Shown here in pieces: positions 1-13,102 of a stretch of 64,000 nucleotides of DNA (positions within the stretch are counted from its first letter, which is position 1; every line of letters begins with the position of its first letter). Made by a program: the position numbers and the translations under genes. The stretch lies in the NCBI GenBank assembly GCA_051294905.1, contig CM119371.1, positions 21,020,001-21,084,000 of the forward strand, written 5' to 3'. The notes under the pieces were generated by a model, which was given only the letters and a program-made list of their open reading frames with translations, did not search any database and had not been told where the DNA came from. Source of the stretch: Botryllus schlosseri (Eukaryota).

Positions 1-1690
1 TGCGGTCACGGTTATAAAGTCATATGCTCAAGTGCCGCATTATGTTGAATCGCATTCTCAATAGTCGACAATGACATATTCTATATCACGGCTCTTCAAT
101 CGGGTGTTTCGTACACCATGGGATGTATCAGACCCACATTAAAATGGTTCAATGACTAGCTATCACAATAAATAGGCACGTTTATGCCTCAGAACACGAT
201 GACTGGGTGTGCAATAGTACAGTGTTCATATCAGCTGTACGCAGTTTGTAAATTACAGTTCTTTCGTGATGTCAGAAGCAAATGCTTTTACAATCCTGAT
301 GGGACTTCAAAAATAACAACATGCAACAAAGTGTTTAATAAACCTTTAATATGTATTATCATTAATTTGGTACCGCGAATTTTCAAAGACACCCTCTACA
401 TCCGCTCTATCAGTTAATCCCACCACATGGGCTAAGAATGCATAAATATTTGACGGTATCATATGAAACAACCAATAGTATAGACGAGGTAGAAAAGGAG
501 TCCAGGTGACATTTCCTAGCATTTATACTCACATTTCGGTGCATAGACATAGTAAGTTTCCGTACATCAGAAAACTTCTTTACGCAACGTATATCTCAAT
601 GAATCAGTGATGTCAAAGAACCCCATAATGGATATCCGCGGTGTCAAGTTTCCCATAGCCCATTTATCGTGAGTATATGATTTCGAGATGCGCCTTGACG
701 ATTATACGCCAGAGGGCGGTTGTATGTATGCTATAATTGCAATCGAAATACGGCCATGAATAGCAAAAAGGTTGATCACCCCTGTCTTAGGCTTAGCACG
801 GAATGAGCGTGTTATGTGGACCAGGGGTGTACGAGATTCAAGTAAACGTTAAACGGGTGTACCACGACGACAAATGTTGAAGAGCACTGGTCTATATGTT
901 GCCAAAAGCAGATTTCACTTGTAGTAAATAATTGATTGCCCCTTTACATTCTCTATTTCTTGCAATATGTTAATAATATAAATCTTTGTGTTAAGACGAA
1001 ATCTGAATGGAATCGGAAGGGAAAACACAAGGGCTGGACAGTGAGAAAAACCTCATTACAATGACATGCTATTGCACAATATAACACTGAGTCTTACCTT
1101 TGTTTAGGAAATAAAGTCACTAAGCTTGAATGATCAGGACATGCAAGATATTTACGAAGAGATGCGGCGTATCGTACTATGCGAGTATTGGTCGACTAAT
1201 CTGCAGAGCATCGAAAAATTAAGCTTGAAGTATTTGAACGTGAAGTTATTGGATGCATGGGAGCAGATTACAAAGATTACTGGACTTCAGTCGTATCTTC
1301 CATTATATCCGTTTCCTAATATAAATGACAGGGCGGATGAGGTCAGTTTATTTTCTGACTTCGACCATATGCATGCCTAATTGCTTAGTCAACAAATTGC
1401 TTGCAGCATATCAAAATAGGCAGTCTATGTGAAGCGTCTTGGCTCTCACCAGAGCAGATTTCAAAAGCGATGACTTGCATACCAATAAATTGGCGACGTA
1501 GTCCTCGCGATCCATTTAAACTATTCAAGTGATCGATCCTACTAATGCATTTCGGACTGCAATTTATTGCGATACATGTGCCATAATGGATTGGAGAAAG
1601 TCTCCTCAAAAGTTTTGCGAATACCTCTTTCCTTTTCATCAGCAATCTGACGTTGCTTAAGTGACGCGAGTAGATTTGTTCCCATTAATT

Positions 1691-2477
1691 CAGTGGTTTC
1701 CAACCTTTTTTCTCTCGTGCCCCCTTTGGCCGATATTTGAGCTAGAATTCCCCCCTATGAAAAAGTTGCCTGTTACTAAAAAAAATGTGCTTTTTAACAC
1801 GTAACTATTTGTTGACTGAGCAATTATTGGCCAAACATATTCAGATATGTCCGAATTATGGCGAATGTGGACCGCACTAAACTTTGATAAAGTACAGTCA
1901 AATTTGACCTGTTTTTACCGGTCGGGTAGCCGCTGACCAAAAATAAATCACCAAGTCCGCTTGCTATGGACTTGAGTTGTTTCGATGAATTTGGTACGGT
2001 ATGTTTTTCACGTTAGCTCATATGTTGGTTTAAAAAGTTAAACAATTTCACTAGCGACCTTCGGCTTGTCGTTATCCTGCTTAGTAGCAGTTTGCTCGAG
2101 AGGCTGTCGCGGACCCAACGAAAACATCTCGTGAGCCCCACTTTATCAGGGGGTGTAATAGCTACGAAAGGTATTTAAACATACACCTATCTTGTAATCC
2201 GCCAAAGAAACAATTATAAAGAACTAACTTAACAGTTCTATACCATAAAAATCTAAAGACCTAGTGAATCCAGTGTATATACCGATACAATGCCAAAGAA
2301 ACAATTATAAAGAACTAACTTAACAGTTCTATACCATAAAAATCTAAAGACCTAGTGAATCCAGTGTATATACCGATACAATGCCAAAGCCACTTTTCCC
2401 CTTAAAAATTAAGCCAGAAAGAAAGCCAAAATTTCAAAATCACCCCAAGGGGGAATCCCCCCGGTTGGGAACCACTG
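1691..2477. mobile_element. Non-autonomous hAT (Charlie-like) element
   Basis: TIRs CAGTGGTTTCCAACC / GGTTGGGAACCACTG; 8-bp TSD CATTAATT/CATTAAGT (1 mismatch). Confidence 0.85.
2201..2389. repeat. Perfect 91-bp tandem duplication inside the hAT element
   Basis: GCCAAAGAAACAATT...GATACAAT starts at 2201 and 2292; partial third start at 2383. Confidence 0.95.
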
Positions 2478-3429
2478 CATTAAGTTGATGCGGTGACTTC
2501 CTTCAGAAATGAAAGATGAATGAAGGTCTTTGTTTGCCAAATAATTACCAATATTTCTTAGTTGAGGATACCAAGATATATTGACCTGGCGAATGAGGTT
2601 GTCGAAAGTTTCTGTAAATGTTTGACTGAAGATCAGGCCGAAGCAAAATTTCAAGCTGGCGAGGTATGTCTAGTAGTTTTTCTCGAACCATTAATTTTTC
2701 TAGGCTTTACTGTCATCGACGTAATATAATATCTCAGAGAATTCACAGATATATCTACTAAACTTCTCAGCAGGTTATGAAAACCGGCTGTTCGGATATA
2801 AGGCTCTATAAACGATATACTAAGACTGGAGATTTCAAATTTTTATTATCGCGGGAATTCTCACGTATCGCGTTATTTGCGATCAGATTCACAATTTCTA
2901 ATTTGAATCTGAACCACGTTGTGCACAGTCATCCACAGCGCAATATAGATAGCTCGAGCCGTATCCAATCTGTGAGTATTTCTACAGCCGAGATACAAAC
3001 CGGGTCGTTTACGGCCCTGTGTAACCCTTGTATATCGTCGCCGTGATATTAAAGTGTAGTCCATATGACAAATTTTGAGAAAATTATCTTTATGTATAGT
3101 TTTCATGCTCGTTCGGACATAGCTTGGCCGTGATTAACTTTGAAACAGTGTGAAAAACAAAAACATGACCTGGATATAGGTAAAACTATGAAAATCAAAC
3201 AAGAAACCTGATTTTCTATCAATTGTAAAAATGGTTTTCGAAATTAGTAAAAATGGACATAAGCTACTTTAATGCCACCGCGACGATTTACTCTTGTCAC
3301 AACCGGATGCAATCGTGTAATAAGCTATGTGTCTGCTAGTGCTGATTCTACAATAACTACGTCGAACTTCATTGGATACTAGAAATTGAAATGCTACTTG
3401 AAGGTACAGAACTTCAATATTCGATTGAA

Positions 3430-3824
3430 TAGTATATTCATATTGAAATGAACCCACATATTTTCGGCTGACTCTCGTCAGGGTAATCATCAGCAACTAG
3501 TAGAGAATTGGAAAGAACTTTGTATATCAACATCCGTATCACAAAATATGACTCATCAGCATGAAATTTCGAATGAGAGGGCGTTCAATGTACTACTTTC
3601 AGGTGGTACACGAACTCCTTTTGTTTACAGAGTTTGGGTTGGTGTATTTTGACTTTAATGATATTGAGCGCTCTCTCATTCGAAATTCCATGCTGATGAC
3701 GTCATAATTTTGGACACGATTAATGATATACATTGTTATTTCCAATTCACGACTACTTGCTGAAGAATACCCCTGACGAGTGTCAGCCGAGAATATCCAG
3801 GTTTATTTCAATATGAACATACTA
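3430..3824. mobile_element. Fold-back (long-TIR) MITE, family copy 1
   Basis: Arms of ~150-170 bp are imperfect reverse complements (TAGTATATTCATATTGAAATG... / ...ATTTCAATATGAACATACTA); homologous to 26860-27224 and 30114-30700. Confidence 0.8.
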
Positions 3825-6158
3825 GTCAATTGTATGTAGAAATACAAGTATAAGAAAAAATAGTCATTGATAGTTACTATGGATTGATACTGTTGCGTCG
3901 CAAACAAAGTAGAAATTATTTCACGGTGCGCCGACGACAATCCAAGAGGAAATCCAGTCGCGATATTGGTGTGCATTGCAATTCTTTGATTCCGCCGTAT
4001 TCTCGTACAATAGAGTGGTCATGTCCGTGTCACTGGAAAAAAAAAGTTGTTCCATGATAGAAAATGACAAATCGGGTGATGAATTTTCATTATATTTCCA
4101 GGAGAATGAAGAGTTCTGCAGAGATTACGCGGATAAATATTTGACAATGCACTTTGACTTTCTAAATAAGATATTCCCGGATCTTACCAAAGAATATTAT
4201 CACCTTGAAAGCTTACTGCAAGAGACTGAAAAAAGCATTGTATTAATGCGTAAAAAAATTCAGGTATATATGTTAGCGAGTGGTGTGAGCGATAAGTCCT
4301 GACTTGGTTTATGCAGTACATTTATGTAACATACGCCAATAAATATTGGCATGGAAATGCAGAAGTTCATTATCTTTTCAAATGTTTGGAATAATACGAA
4401 TATATTGCGACCCTCTCCAAACACAACACAAGCTAGATCTTTATTCGACGTCCGATAAAACCAAATGCAAAGCTAAACGTACAATGAGTTATTATTATTA
4501 TACACAACCGTGGTGCATTTAGCCTGTTTAAGGTTTTGTGCTCCAAGAAAAACCAATTTTTTGTACAGTATAATGAATGCATTTATTCGTGTCTTCAAGT
4601 TTCCTGCACTCTCTCAGGCACTCTCTGTAACGCGCGATTCATCATCGTTTCTTTTGGTGCCGAATTTTAGCTCGGCGCACTGTGATTGGTCCTTTTAAGT
4701 CACTGCGATTGCGGTGAGGTCGGCGATAAGGAACGCATAAAACCTCCGACACGTAGAAGTAAGTCCGAACCGTGATGCCAACCACTGCCATTGGTGTCGT
4801 GACGGAGTCACATATGATACAGGTATTAAAAACGTCAATGTCAAGTGATTCTTCGAATCGCCCAACTTATTTTATGTAGCCCAACTGAATTTTGATTTGA
4901 TATAGTTATCATTGGTTACCTAACTGAATGGTTGGTTATTATTTCGTGTTCCATGTTGCTGTTTGTATATTTATGCTCGGCTGCGCGAAAGTCGATGAAA
5001 AATAATATCATAAAAGATCTATCGTTCTCTCCGTGTTAATGCAATTATTTTTCTGGTGAGATGGAAGAATGAATTTCGCGATTCATTACTGATATATCAA
5101 AAAATTACATGCCTGGACGAATCTTTATCCATACAAGACATGAAAGCCTTTTCCGCACAGCCGCTATACTGGGGGTTGGTACATAACAAGGTATTGAAGC
5201 ACAAGTCATAGCCTCATTTTAATGTTCTTATCTCCGTGTATGCCCAATATTTAATTAAGCTGCCGAACCAACAAACTAATATTAACCAATGAAATATATT
5301 ACCTATTTACGGTGCAGTTGAGCCTGCTAATACTGTTATATACCGCAATGGAATTATTGTTTCATTACCATGACATACTTGTACATTACATACCAAAATA
5401 CTGTTCTATACCATGGCACAGCACAATAGTTGACAACTAATTATTCATAAAGCGATCCCAATTAATTGAAAGATTAAATCGGCATTTACATGTGACCATA
5501 TTTGATTACCCGAAATATGGAACATATTTCAAGTAATGTTTAAACTATTATAAGAGTTAGCACATTTGAATAATACATTAATATTTATTCCCGAAGCTTC
5601 TCGCCTGACTCTCGTCAGGGGATATCGTCAGCAATAAATAAATCATCAAGTTCGCATGCGATGGCTTTTACTAGAATAATAGAATGTCGTATGTTTTAGA
5701 CGTTAGCTTAGATCAGTGGTTCTCAACCTTTTTGACCTCGCGGCATCCTATGGAAATGAAAAATAGTTCACGGCACACCATCACAGTTGTTCTGAACTTT
5801 TTTGGCTTACGCCACCTGCAAACTACCAGAATACCTAGTAGCGCCAAGTGGTAACGCCGACTAATGGGACCACCTCTGCAGTGAATCCAAAATGTTTCTG
5901 TGCATCCATTATTTTGAGATAAACTTTTCCATTTTACTATTTCTAAAAGTCGCCGTTTTCCTCGGGCCAGAATATCGTTCATTCGTGATTACAACAAACA
6001 AGGCGCATTCAGGCGAAAGTAAAGGGGGTCATTTTGATATACGACTTCACAGACACTTCGGGCTGCCCTTAGATACCATTTCATACGAATTGTTTGACGA
6101 TACATCTGCCAAATGCTGCGTTGGGTTGAAGAGGTCAACACGATCGCCGTTAACGAAT

Positions 6159-7228
6159 TAGTGCGGAGCGCGTATCGACAAATTGCCTGGTCCGACTCGG
6201 ATCCGGTTTTCAATTCTCTGGTCCGGTTACGGCCGTATCAGGAAAAAGTACTGATCTGGGTCCGGCTCCGGATCCGGCCGGAAATCCGGCCCTACACGGT
6301 ATGGTGGTTCCGTGAATTTATAAATACGGCTCATTATTTACGCACTTGCTTCGCGGTTACTTTCGTGTGGTTGGTTGCAGTGATGAGCATCGGGGCGGAG
6401 TCGGAGTGTATTCGGACGAGATTTTTGCCGATTTTGTGACACTCAGAGCGGAGTCGGAGATTACTACAGATTTTGTTTCGGATATTTTCGGAGTGATGTA
6501 ACTTTTCCCCATATATCTTTGAATAGCTCTGACCTGAAGTGACTATTGATTACAAACCAAAACACAGATAGTTGACACCTTGTATTATGACGGGTAACAT
6601 GCCAAAATGTTTGCCAAGGATCCGAGTGAATAAAGAACAGCCATCTGCACTGCAATTGGGGACTGGGGAGTAGACAATACTCTAAGGCCAGCCATATTAT
6701 CACATTTATTTAGTAAAACACATCACCAAGTGTACCATGCCTGCCACTCCAATGATGAGCTATCTTAACCCATTGATCTAGCAAGGCATTTTCGTGGAGC
6801 AGTGTCTGTAGTTCACAAAATTGAAGGCGCCCAATATCATTCGCAGAGCATCATTATTGCTTTCTGCCTTGAGAGGCAGTTTGTATACCTGCAGTCTTTG
6901 AATCCATAGCCTACCTCTACCGATATGGATACTTCGTATACTTGACGAGATTCTTCGGATTATCTCGGAGTATGGGATTGAGCACTTCGAAGTTGGAGGG
7001 AGAATTCCTCCGAGACTATAAAGTTGCCGCAGGGATTCGGATTCTCAAAAAGCACTATCCGCTCATCTCGGTTTGGTTGGTAGTTATTTAGTTACACAAG
7101 TCATGCCTATCCATAAAGATTCTGGCAGTATCGAAAAAGTACTGATCCGGCTCCGGCCGTATCAAAAAAGTACTCATCTAGCTACGGCCAAAATTGAAAA
7201 AAAAAAATCGGGCCGGATATCCTCACTA
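6159..7228. mobile_element. Non-autonomous hAT, middle element of the nest
   Basis: Ends TAGTGCGGA / TCCTCACTA; perfect 8-bp TSD TAACGAAT; subterminal TCCGG motifs at both ends. Confidence 0.85.
6378..7071. mobile_element. Non-autonomous hAT, innermost element of the nest
   Basis: Ends CAGTGATGAGC / GCTCATCTCGG; TSD GTTGGTTG/TTTGGTTG; homologous to 18742-19160. Confidence 0.75.
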
Positions 7229-8242
7229 TAACGAATACCGAGGCGTATAGGGGTAGGCTATACCAGGCTATAAAATGCATTTGCACGCAGATCGTGTAGC
7301 ACGCGTGATGATAGGCATGCCTCAATACTGGCAGCCACGCGCAGTTCAATTATATTTCCAACAAACCAATATTACAACCTCAGGCGATGAGGTTTGTAAA
7401 CTGATATAATTTGATAAACCTTACTTCTGAACTCTCATATTCGTCGACAGTAACGCAGCGTTGTGCTACAAGCCTATACATTTTCGCGGAAGTGTCGGCA
7501 CGATACAAACTTCCCATCGGGCTCGATTTCTATAATTATTGATCGTTTGCTATAGCCTAGAATTATTTTTTGCATAATTTCAAAATTCCGGAGAAATCGC
7601 TCGCGGCACACTTGCGACACGTAAATGGCACACCGGTTGAAAACCACTGGCTTAGATGTTGGCGTAAAAAGGGTAAACATTTTTATCACGGCCGTTTGGT
7701 GCTGAATTCGTCATGAATTTTCCCTGTTTTGTAGCAACTTGGTGAGTTATGCACAATTGCGGTGAAATATCGCAATTTAAAGTACGCATAATGATCGATT
7801 TTAATGAGTTTCAAATAAAGAGTTGATTTCATAAACACGAAAACTTAGTAATTTGATTCAGCGTTCACCCACTGTTAACGCGACTGTTGGGATCCACTGA
7901 TTCCAGCTTAACATAGTCATGTATAGTTCAAACCGGAATTAGTCATCGAACAACTAAATTTGACATAGTCGAAAGTTGATTGCATTGACACCCAAAAGTA
8001 GAGTTGAGGTATAAATGATCAAGTCTCATATGTGATTCAAATCTAACACGACATTGTTTTATGTCTGTATAATTGTAGAGTCCAGATCGGGTTCTATCTC
8101 CTAATTTTTTTCAATCGGAAAAATGTCTACAAACATTGCAGTGTGACTTAATTGGAAGTAATGATGGAAATCGTACCAGTGAATTAACACAGACTATAGG
8201 CAAAAAATTGTATGTAGCATCGCACAGACTCGCCGGTGCGTT

Positions 8243-8310
8243 ACGGAGATTGCAAGTTGCTATTTTGGTGAAAATCACGGAGATTGCAAGTTGCTATTTT
8301 GGTGAAAATC
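8243..8310. repeat. 34-bp perfect tandem duplication
   Basis: ACGGAGATTGCAAGTTGCTATTTTGGTGAAAATC x2. Confidence 0.95.
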
Positions 8311-10021
8311 ATAAGTTAAAATACAGGTTATCAATCGAATGCTATTGTTGGTTGCGTACTAGAAAAATTCAGTGCTTTGTCAGTAATAAATTGAGTATGG
8401 TAAGTGGTGGCGACCATATTTTGGGTCGCGACTGACAGATTGCCGACCACTAGCATAGCGGACCATACTACGCTATGGGTACTAGTACACATTGCAGGTT
8501 ATTTGTTTGCATCATTGCGTAAATACCAATATCGAATAGCCAGTAAACTTCAACCAAAAAGCAAAAAAGAATTATTTTTGAACAACCCTAAAATATGGCT
8601 CTAATCATTCCATAATGCCTATAGACTTTTTCATTTATGCCCAAACTGACAAAAATGTTATTTCTGATTTTCAAATCGATTGCATACCTCAGAAAATCAT
8701 TCAATTACAGATCTCAGTTCAAATCTCAAATTCTGGATTTGACTCACCCTCACTGGTCGAGATATTTTTAAGACAGCAAAGATGAGCAGCCCGCCTACGA
8801 ATGGACATCTTTTCTCATGTGTATAATAAAAAAGCGAAAGATATCCGATCGTTATCGCGTTTTGTTGTTTCACATTCCTTATCGTAACTCCAACTCTGCA
8901 AACGGCCAACAAGAGTCTTAAAACTGTAGACATTGAAAATGTAGCATTCATAATTATATGTAAACTTTTTGATCTTGAAAATGATTTTCTGCTTTTCGCG
9001 TGGATTATCATCACGCTATATCGATTATGACTTATGTATCAATATCATTAAAATAAGCTTCTCGGGGCTATGTTACGCCAAGTCAACCTCCAACATGCAT
9101 TTTAACTTGATTAAATCTGGTTTTCCTTGATTACAGATACATACATAAATTGTTTCCTAGTGATGTTGAGGGTAATGAGTTTGATTACGGACTAAGTGGG
9201 GAAATATTGACGATCTTTATTGATTATAGTGATGTAAAACTGGATACTGATATCAAATCTAATGAGACGTTACTTTTGTTTTATCTAATTTTGTCGATGG
9301 TACCTACATATTACTGGTGGCAGTGATTCATAAAAAATCCCCCATATACTTTACGGTCAGGTTTCGATGAGTTTGTGAATGGAATCGATGCAGCAGTGCT
9401 GTTTAAATACATAATTATATGGAATATATTTATAAGTAAAACGCCGTATAATTTCCATCCATCCAAAATAAAATAATGACTGAGATATAGGTCAACTGAG
9501 AAAGTATGGAAAATGTATCAAACATTGTATGCAACAATAAGGCTAAGTTATGTAAAGTTGTAAGTATGGTAGGGAACGAGTGAAGCGGATTTCGAATATG
9601 GAAATTTCCTTTTCTCATACCATACCAAACTATGTCGTGGACAAGACCAAAGTATAATTAAAGAACATTCATTCATTTACCTGTGATATAATTTTCCACA
9701 GGTAGACATCGTGGCAAAGCTCTCAATTGTCATGCGGCAAATTGTTTCGGCTATCGTGCAAGAATTAAATAAGGTGAGAGAACATTTCAGTTAATGTTTG
9801 ATTGATGGAATTTCACGTAATCGTCAAGGGCTGCCGATCCCTTTGATGTCACAGCAATAAATTTCTCATAAACCTGAAGTACCGGGTATATGCGAATTAC
9901 TAATATATATCGTCGGGTCAGGTGTGTATTTATGATGAGGCATCTACGAAACTAATATCAGGTCAACAGATTCAGAAGGCTGCCATGTCATAGATTGCAA
10001 GCGCTCGTTGGAGGTGAGGCC

Positions 10022-10447
10022 TATAACGCAGAGCGAATGTTTGTAGTTGTATAATTGTGTATCTGACTCCAAGATGTATTATTGACTCCAGGAGGTTGCG
10101 GTTACGATTCGCTGCGTGTTCCCTTGCGTTCGACGACCGGCGTAACCACGCCGTACGGCCTTGTTGGCTGACGTACCACGAAGCCTGTCTCTTGCACACG
10201 AATTCGCTGGATCACACTGACGAATATATTTTTGTTTCTGTCTCCACGACTTGTAATTTTATTGCCAATCACGTACGGCCCAAAATGCTATATATCACCT
10301 CCCAATCAGCGAAATACTTATGAATGTCTATCGACTTCCGAATCAGCTAATAATCATGAATGTATGTCGACTTGCGAATCAGCTAATAATCACCAATGAA
10401 TGAATCAATGTCTCTAAAATGGCGTTATACCAAGATATTTCGTTAAA
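10022..10447 (-). repeat. 3' LTR
   Basis: Differs from 16992-17415 by about 5 substitutions and one 2-bp indel; minus strand has TATATA upstream of AATAAA. Confidence 0.9.
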
Positions 10448-10449
10448 AG

Positions 10450-10461
10450 TTCCCCCTTCCT
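10450..10461 (-). promoter_or_regulatory. Polypurine tract
   Basis: Minus strand AGGAAGGGGGAA, 2 nt before the 3' LTR. Confidence 0.85.
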
Positions 10462-11655
10462 ACCAAAAGAACTTGGGTGTAAAAAAAACGAATATATTGG
10501 TAAATATCTCATACCTAGGGTTATACAACATATGGACTGGGGCTAATCATAGGGACTGAAGCTAATCCTAGGGATTGGAGACAGGAAACGATTTTATATA
10601 CAGGGGCAAAAGTAAACTAATGAAACGAAATACCATCCAAGCGTGGCATTCGGACACCCTATTTTACATTACCATCTCGGAACGACTCGCAATATCATCG
10701 TTCCGTCCTACTGGCAACTGAAACTCAGATCAACAATAGTTAGCGTTCTAACAAAACCAAAGAAATAAAATACATAATTCAACCAGCACAAAAGCGTTAC
10801 AACCGTGACATTAACAGTCACTACGCATGCAACAACAGTATTATATCATCAATACAATAAAATACATAATAATTAGCCCAAACTTGATACCATAGAGACA
10901 TTCAAGATCTCATTGCTTGCAAAACATACCACCATTAAACACAATTGCAGAACTAAAATATCAATAGCACAAAAGCGGGGCAGCGGATACATTAAAGGTA
11001 TCTTCGCATTCAAACCACAAAGTAATGAAACTGAATAATAAAGATAAACACGATGGAACATATACAATGTAATTCATAGACGAAACCAGTCTATATGCGC
11101 TGACGAATACCATCTACGTGTATGCAAGGTCTACACCATAATTCATCCAGCAATCATGCTTCAAAACCCACAGAACCTGCTATTCCTTGTCATTTACTTA
11201 CTTCTACTTTCTCATCATTACTGTTAACCCGTCCAGCGGGAACAGCAATCATTCCTACCAAATCCGTGTTGTTCGCACCGCGTCTACGTAACAACAGAGG
11301 GCTTATGGCAATCCAACAACCATTCTACAGTGACCATCCCAAATATGACGCACCGTTCCGTGACCACAACCGAGCCTACACGAGACTAACATTTTGATGT
11401 CAGCATTTATTACTACAACGCATACTTCAGCAATGAGCTTCGGTGACCCCACCTTACATTCTACAACGGGGAGTCACAACATGATGCAGCAATCCTGCAT
11501 TTACATTATATATCAATGCACAAAGCACGCTTTTCACTACGCATATCTTTACTTAAGGCGATTCGACGATCGATGATGCAGCAATCCTGCATTTACACAG
11601 CGTATTAATGCACAAGGCACAATTTTCCATCACGCGTATCTCTATTCTACGCGAT

Positions 11656-12000
11656 TTACTGCAACACATAATCATTCAAATGTCTTGGTCTAACAATTCG
11701 TCTCCCTCTGGACGTATATCTTGGGCTTGACTCGTTGAGAGTTCTGCAATCACGAGATATTTGGGTCTTAGCGTTATCGCGCACGTGGGATTCACGCCTA
11801 CAAATTACGCGATCAACATCAACAGGTAAGCAATCAGATACACGCTCTCGAGACGCATCACTAACACTACTCGGACCGTTGCTATCGCTGTCATCACTAC
11901 TAGACGAAAATATACATACGTCACCCTGGGTTACCGCGGAGTTTAGTACCACTTTGTCCGCATCAACGGGCGGAAACTGCCGAACGAAATCGTCGAGCAC
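11656..12000 (-). pseudogene. Remnant resembling the C-terminal tail of a Gypsy pol/integrase
   Basis: Low-complexity ORF ending RYTSRGRRIVRPRHLNDYVLQ*, typical of Gypsy pol termini; on the element's sense strand. Confidence 0.55.
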
Positions 12001-12996
12001 GTCGTTATCTACATCAAATGGCGGAAAGTAACATCAGTCTGTTTATGCAGACTACTGAAATACAATCAACAGCATTAGGCGATCACAAAAGACACAAACA
12101 TCACTTAATACCTCAAAACAACACATACACGATATTACGGCAACATTACAGGATACATTACATTGGGCATTCAGAAAACCGATAATATCACTCGCACACG
12201 AACTAATTAGCAAGATACTGTTATGGGTATAAAAAAAATTCGAATATTCACCTGCAATCATTTTATTTTAAATTGATATGAAACTTCCTAATTCATATCA
12301 CGAAGCATTTAACATTGGTATATACCAACAGAACGAGAGTGTGCCCTATTTATTGTATTACATGCAAAGCAATGTTTGTAAATATCATGCACTACCGCGG
12401 TGCATATTTTCTCAATGATATACTCAACATAAGGGTATCGTCGTACGGCAGAGGCCTAATATCTCTTCATAAGGCTTGCAATATATCATTATTCATCACA
12501 CATACATATCAAGCTATTCAGCTATTGGATGCATCATGGCATCGAATAAATAGGGTAGCCTTCATGCTACGGGTTTACCCGCACACTTCTCTAATCAAAA
12601 CATTATGCTATATAAGCACCTGCGTCCTACCGCTGTCAACAGCGTAGGATTTGACTCGCAGGAAATGCGACCCTTACCTGGGTTTAGAAACCAATGATTG
12701 CAAGTTACTTTACTAAACTACACTTTGTTAATATCCCAATAACAGCAACCAACTAACGTCGTAGTGCAAGAAAATAAAATCGATCTACCTTTCATTTTTC
12801 TAATCCGTGTGATGCATGATTGGAGCACCACCGTCCGCAAATCTGCTTAACTTCTGCGCTTTCCGACCGATTTCTGACACTGCATACGTTGTCTTCTCTC
12901 TGGCGTATTGATCGTCAAAAGCACAACTCCACTGCATTTCTTCTGGTTGGTCTTTCTCGCCGTCGTGCAGGGCGAATCTTCGTTGTCAATTCTTCT

Positions 12997-13088
12997 TGCG
13001 AGAACGTCGCGATGACTTTTGTTAATTTCTTCGTGCGAGAACGTCGCGATGACTTTTGTTAATTTCTTCGTGCGAGAACGTCGCGATG
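12997..13088. repeat. 37-bp tandem repeat (~2.5 copies) in the retroelement leader
   Basis: TGCGAGAACGTCGCGATG at 12997, 13034, 13071. Confidence 0.9.
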
Positions 13089-13102
13089 TATGTCCTCGTC
13101 AC

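Larger units (their letters stand above)
5714..7649. mobile_element. Non-autonomous hAT (Charlie-like), outer element of a triple nest
   Basis: TIRs CAGTGGTTCTCAACC / GGTTGAAAACCACTG; perfect 8-bp TSD GCTTAGAT (5706-5713, 7650-7657). Confidence 0.9.

Noticed and set aside
9972..10323. ORFs 9972-10199 and 10057-10323 and their copies at 16966-17371 as duplicated genes
   Set aside because: They are chance frames within the two LTRs.
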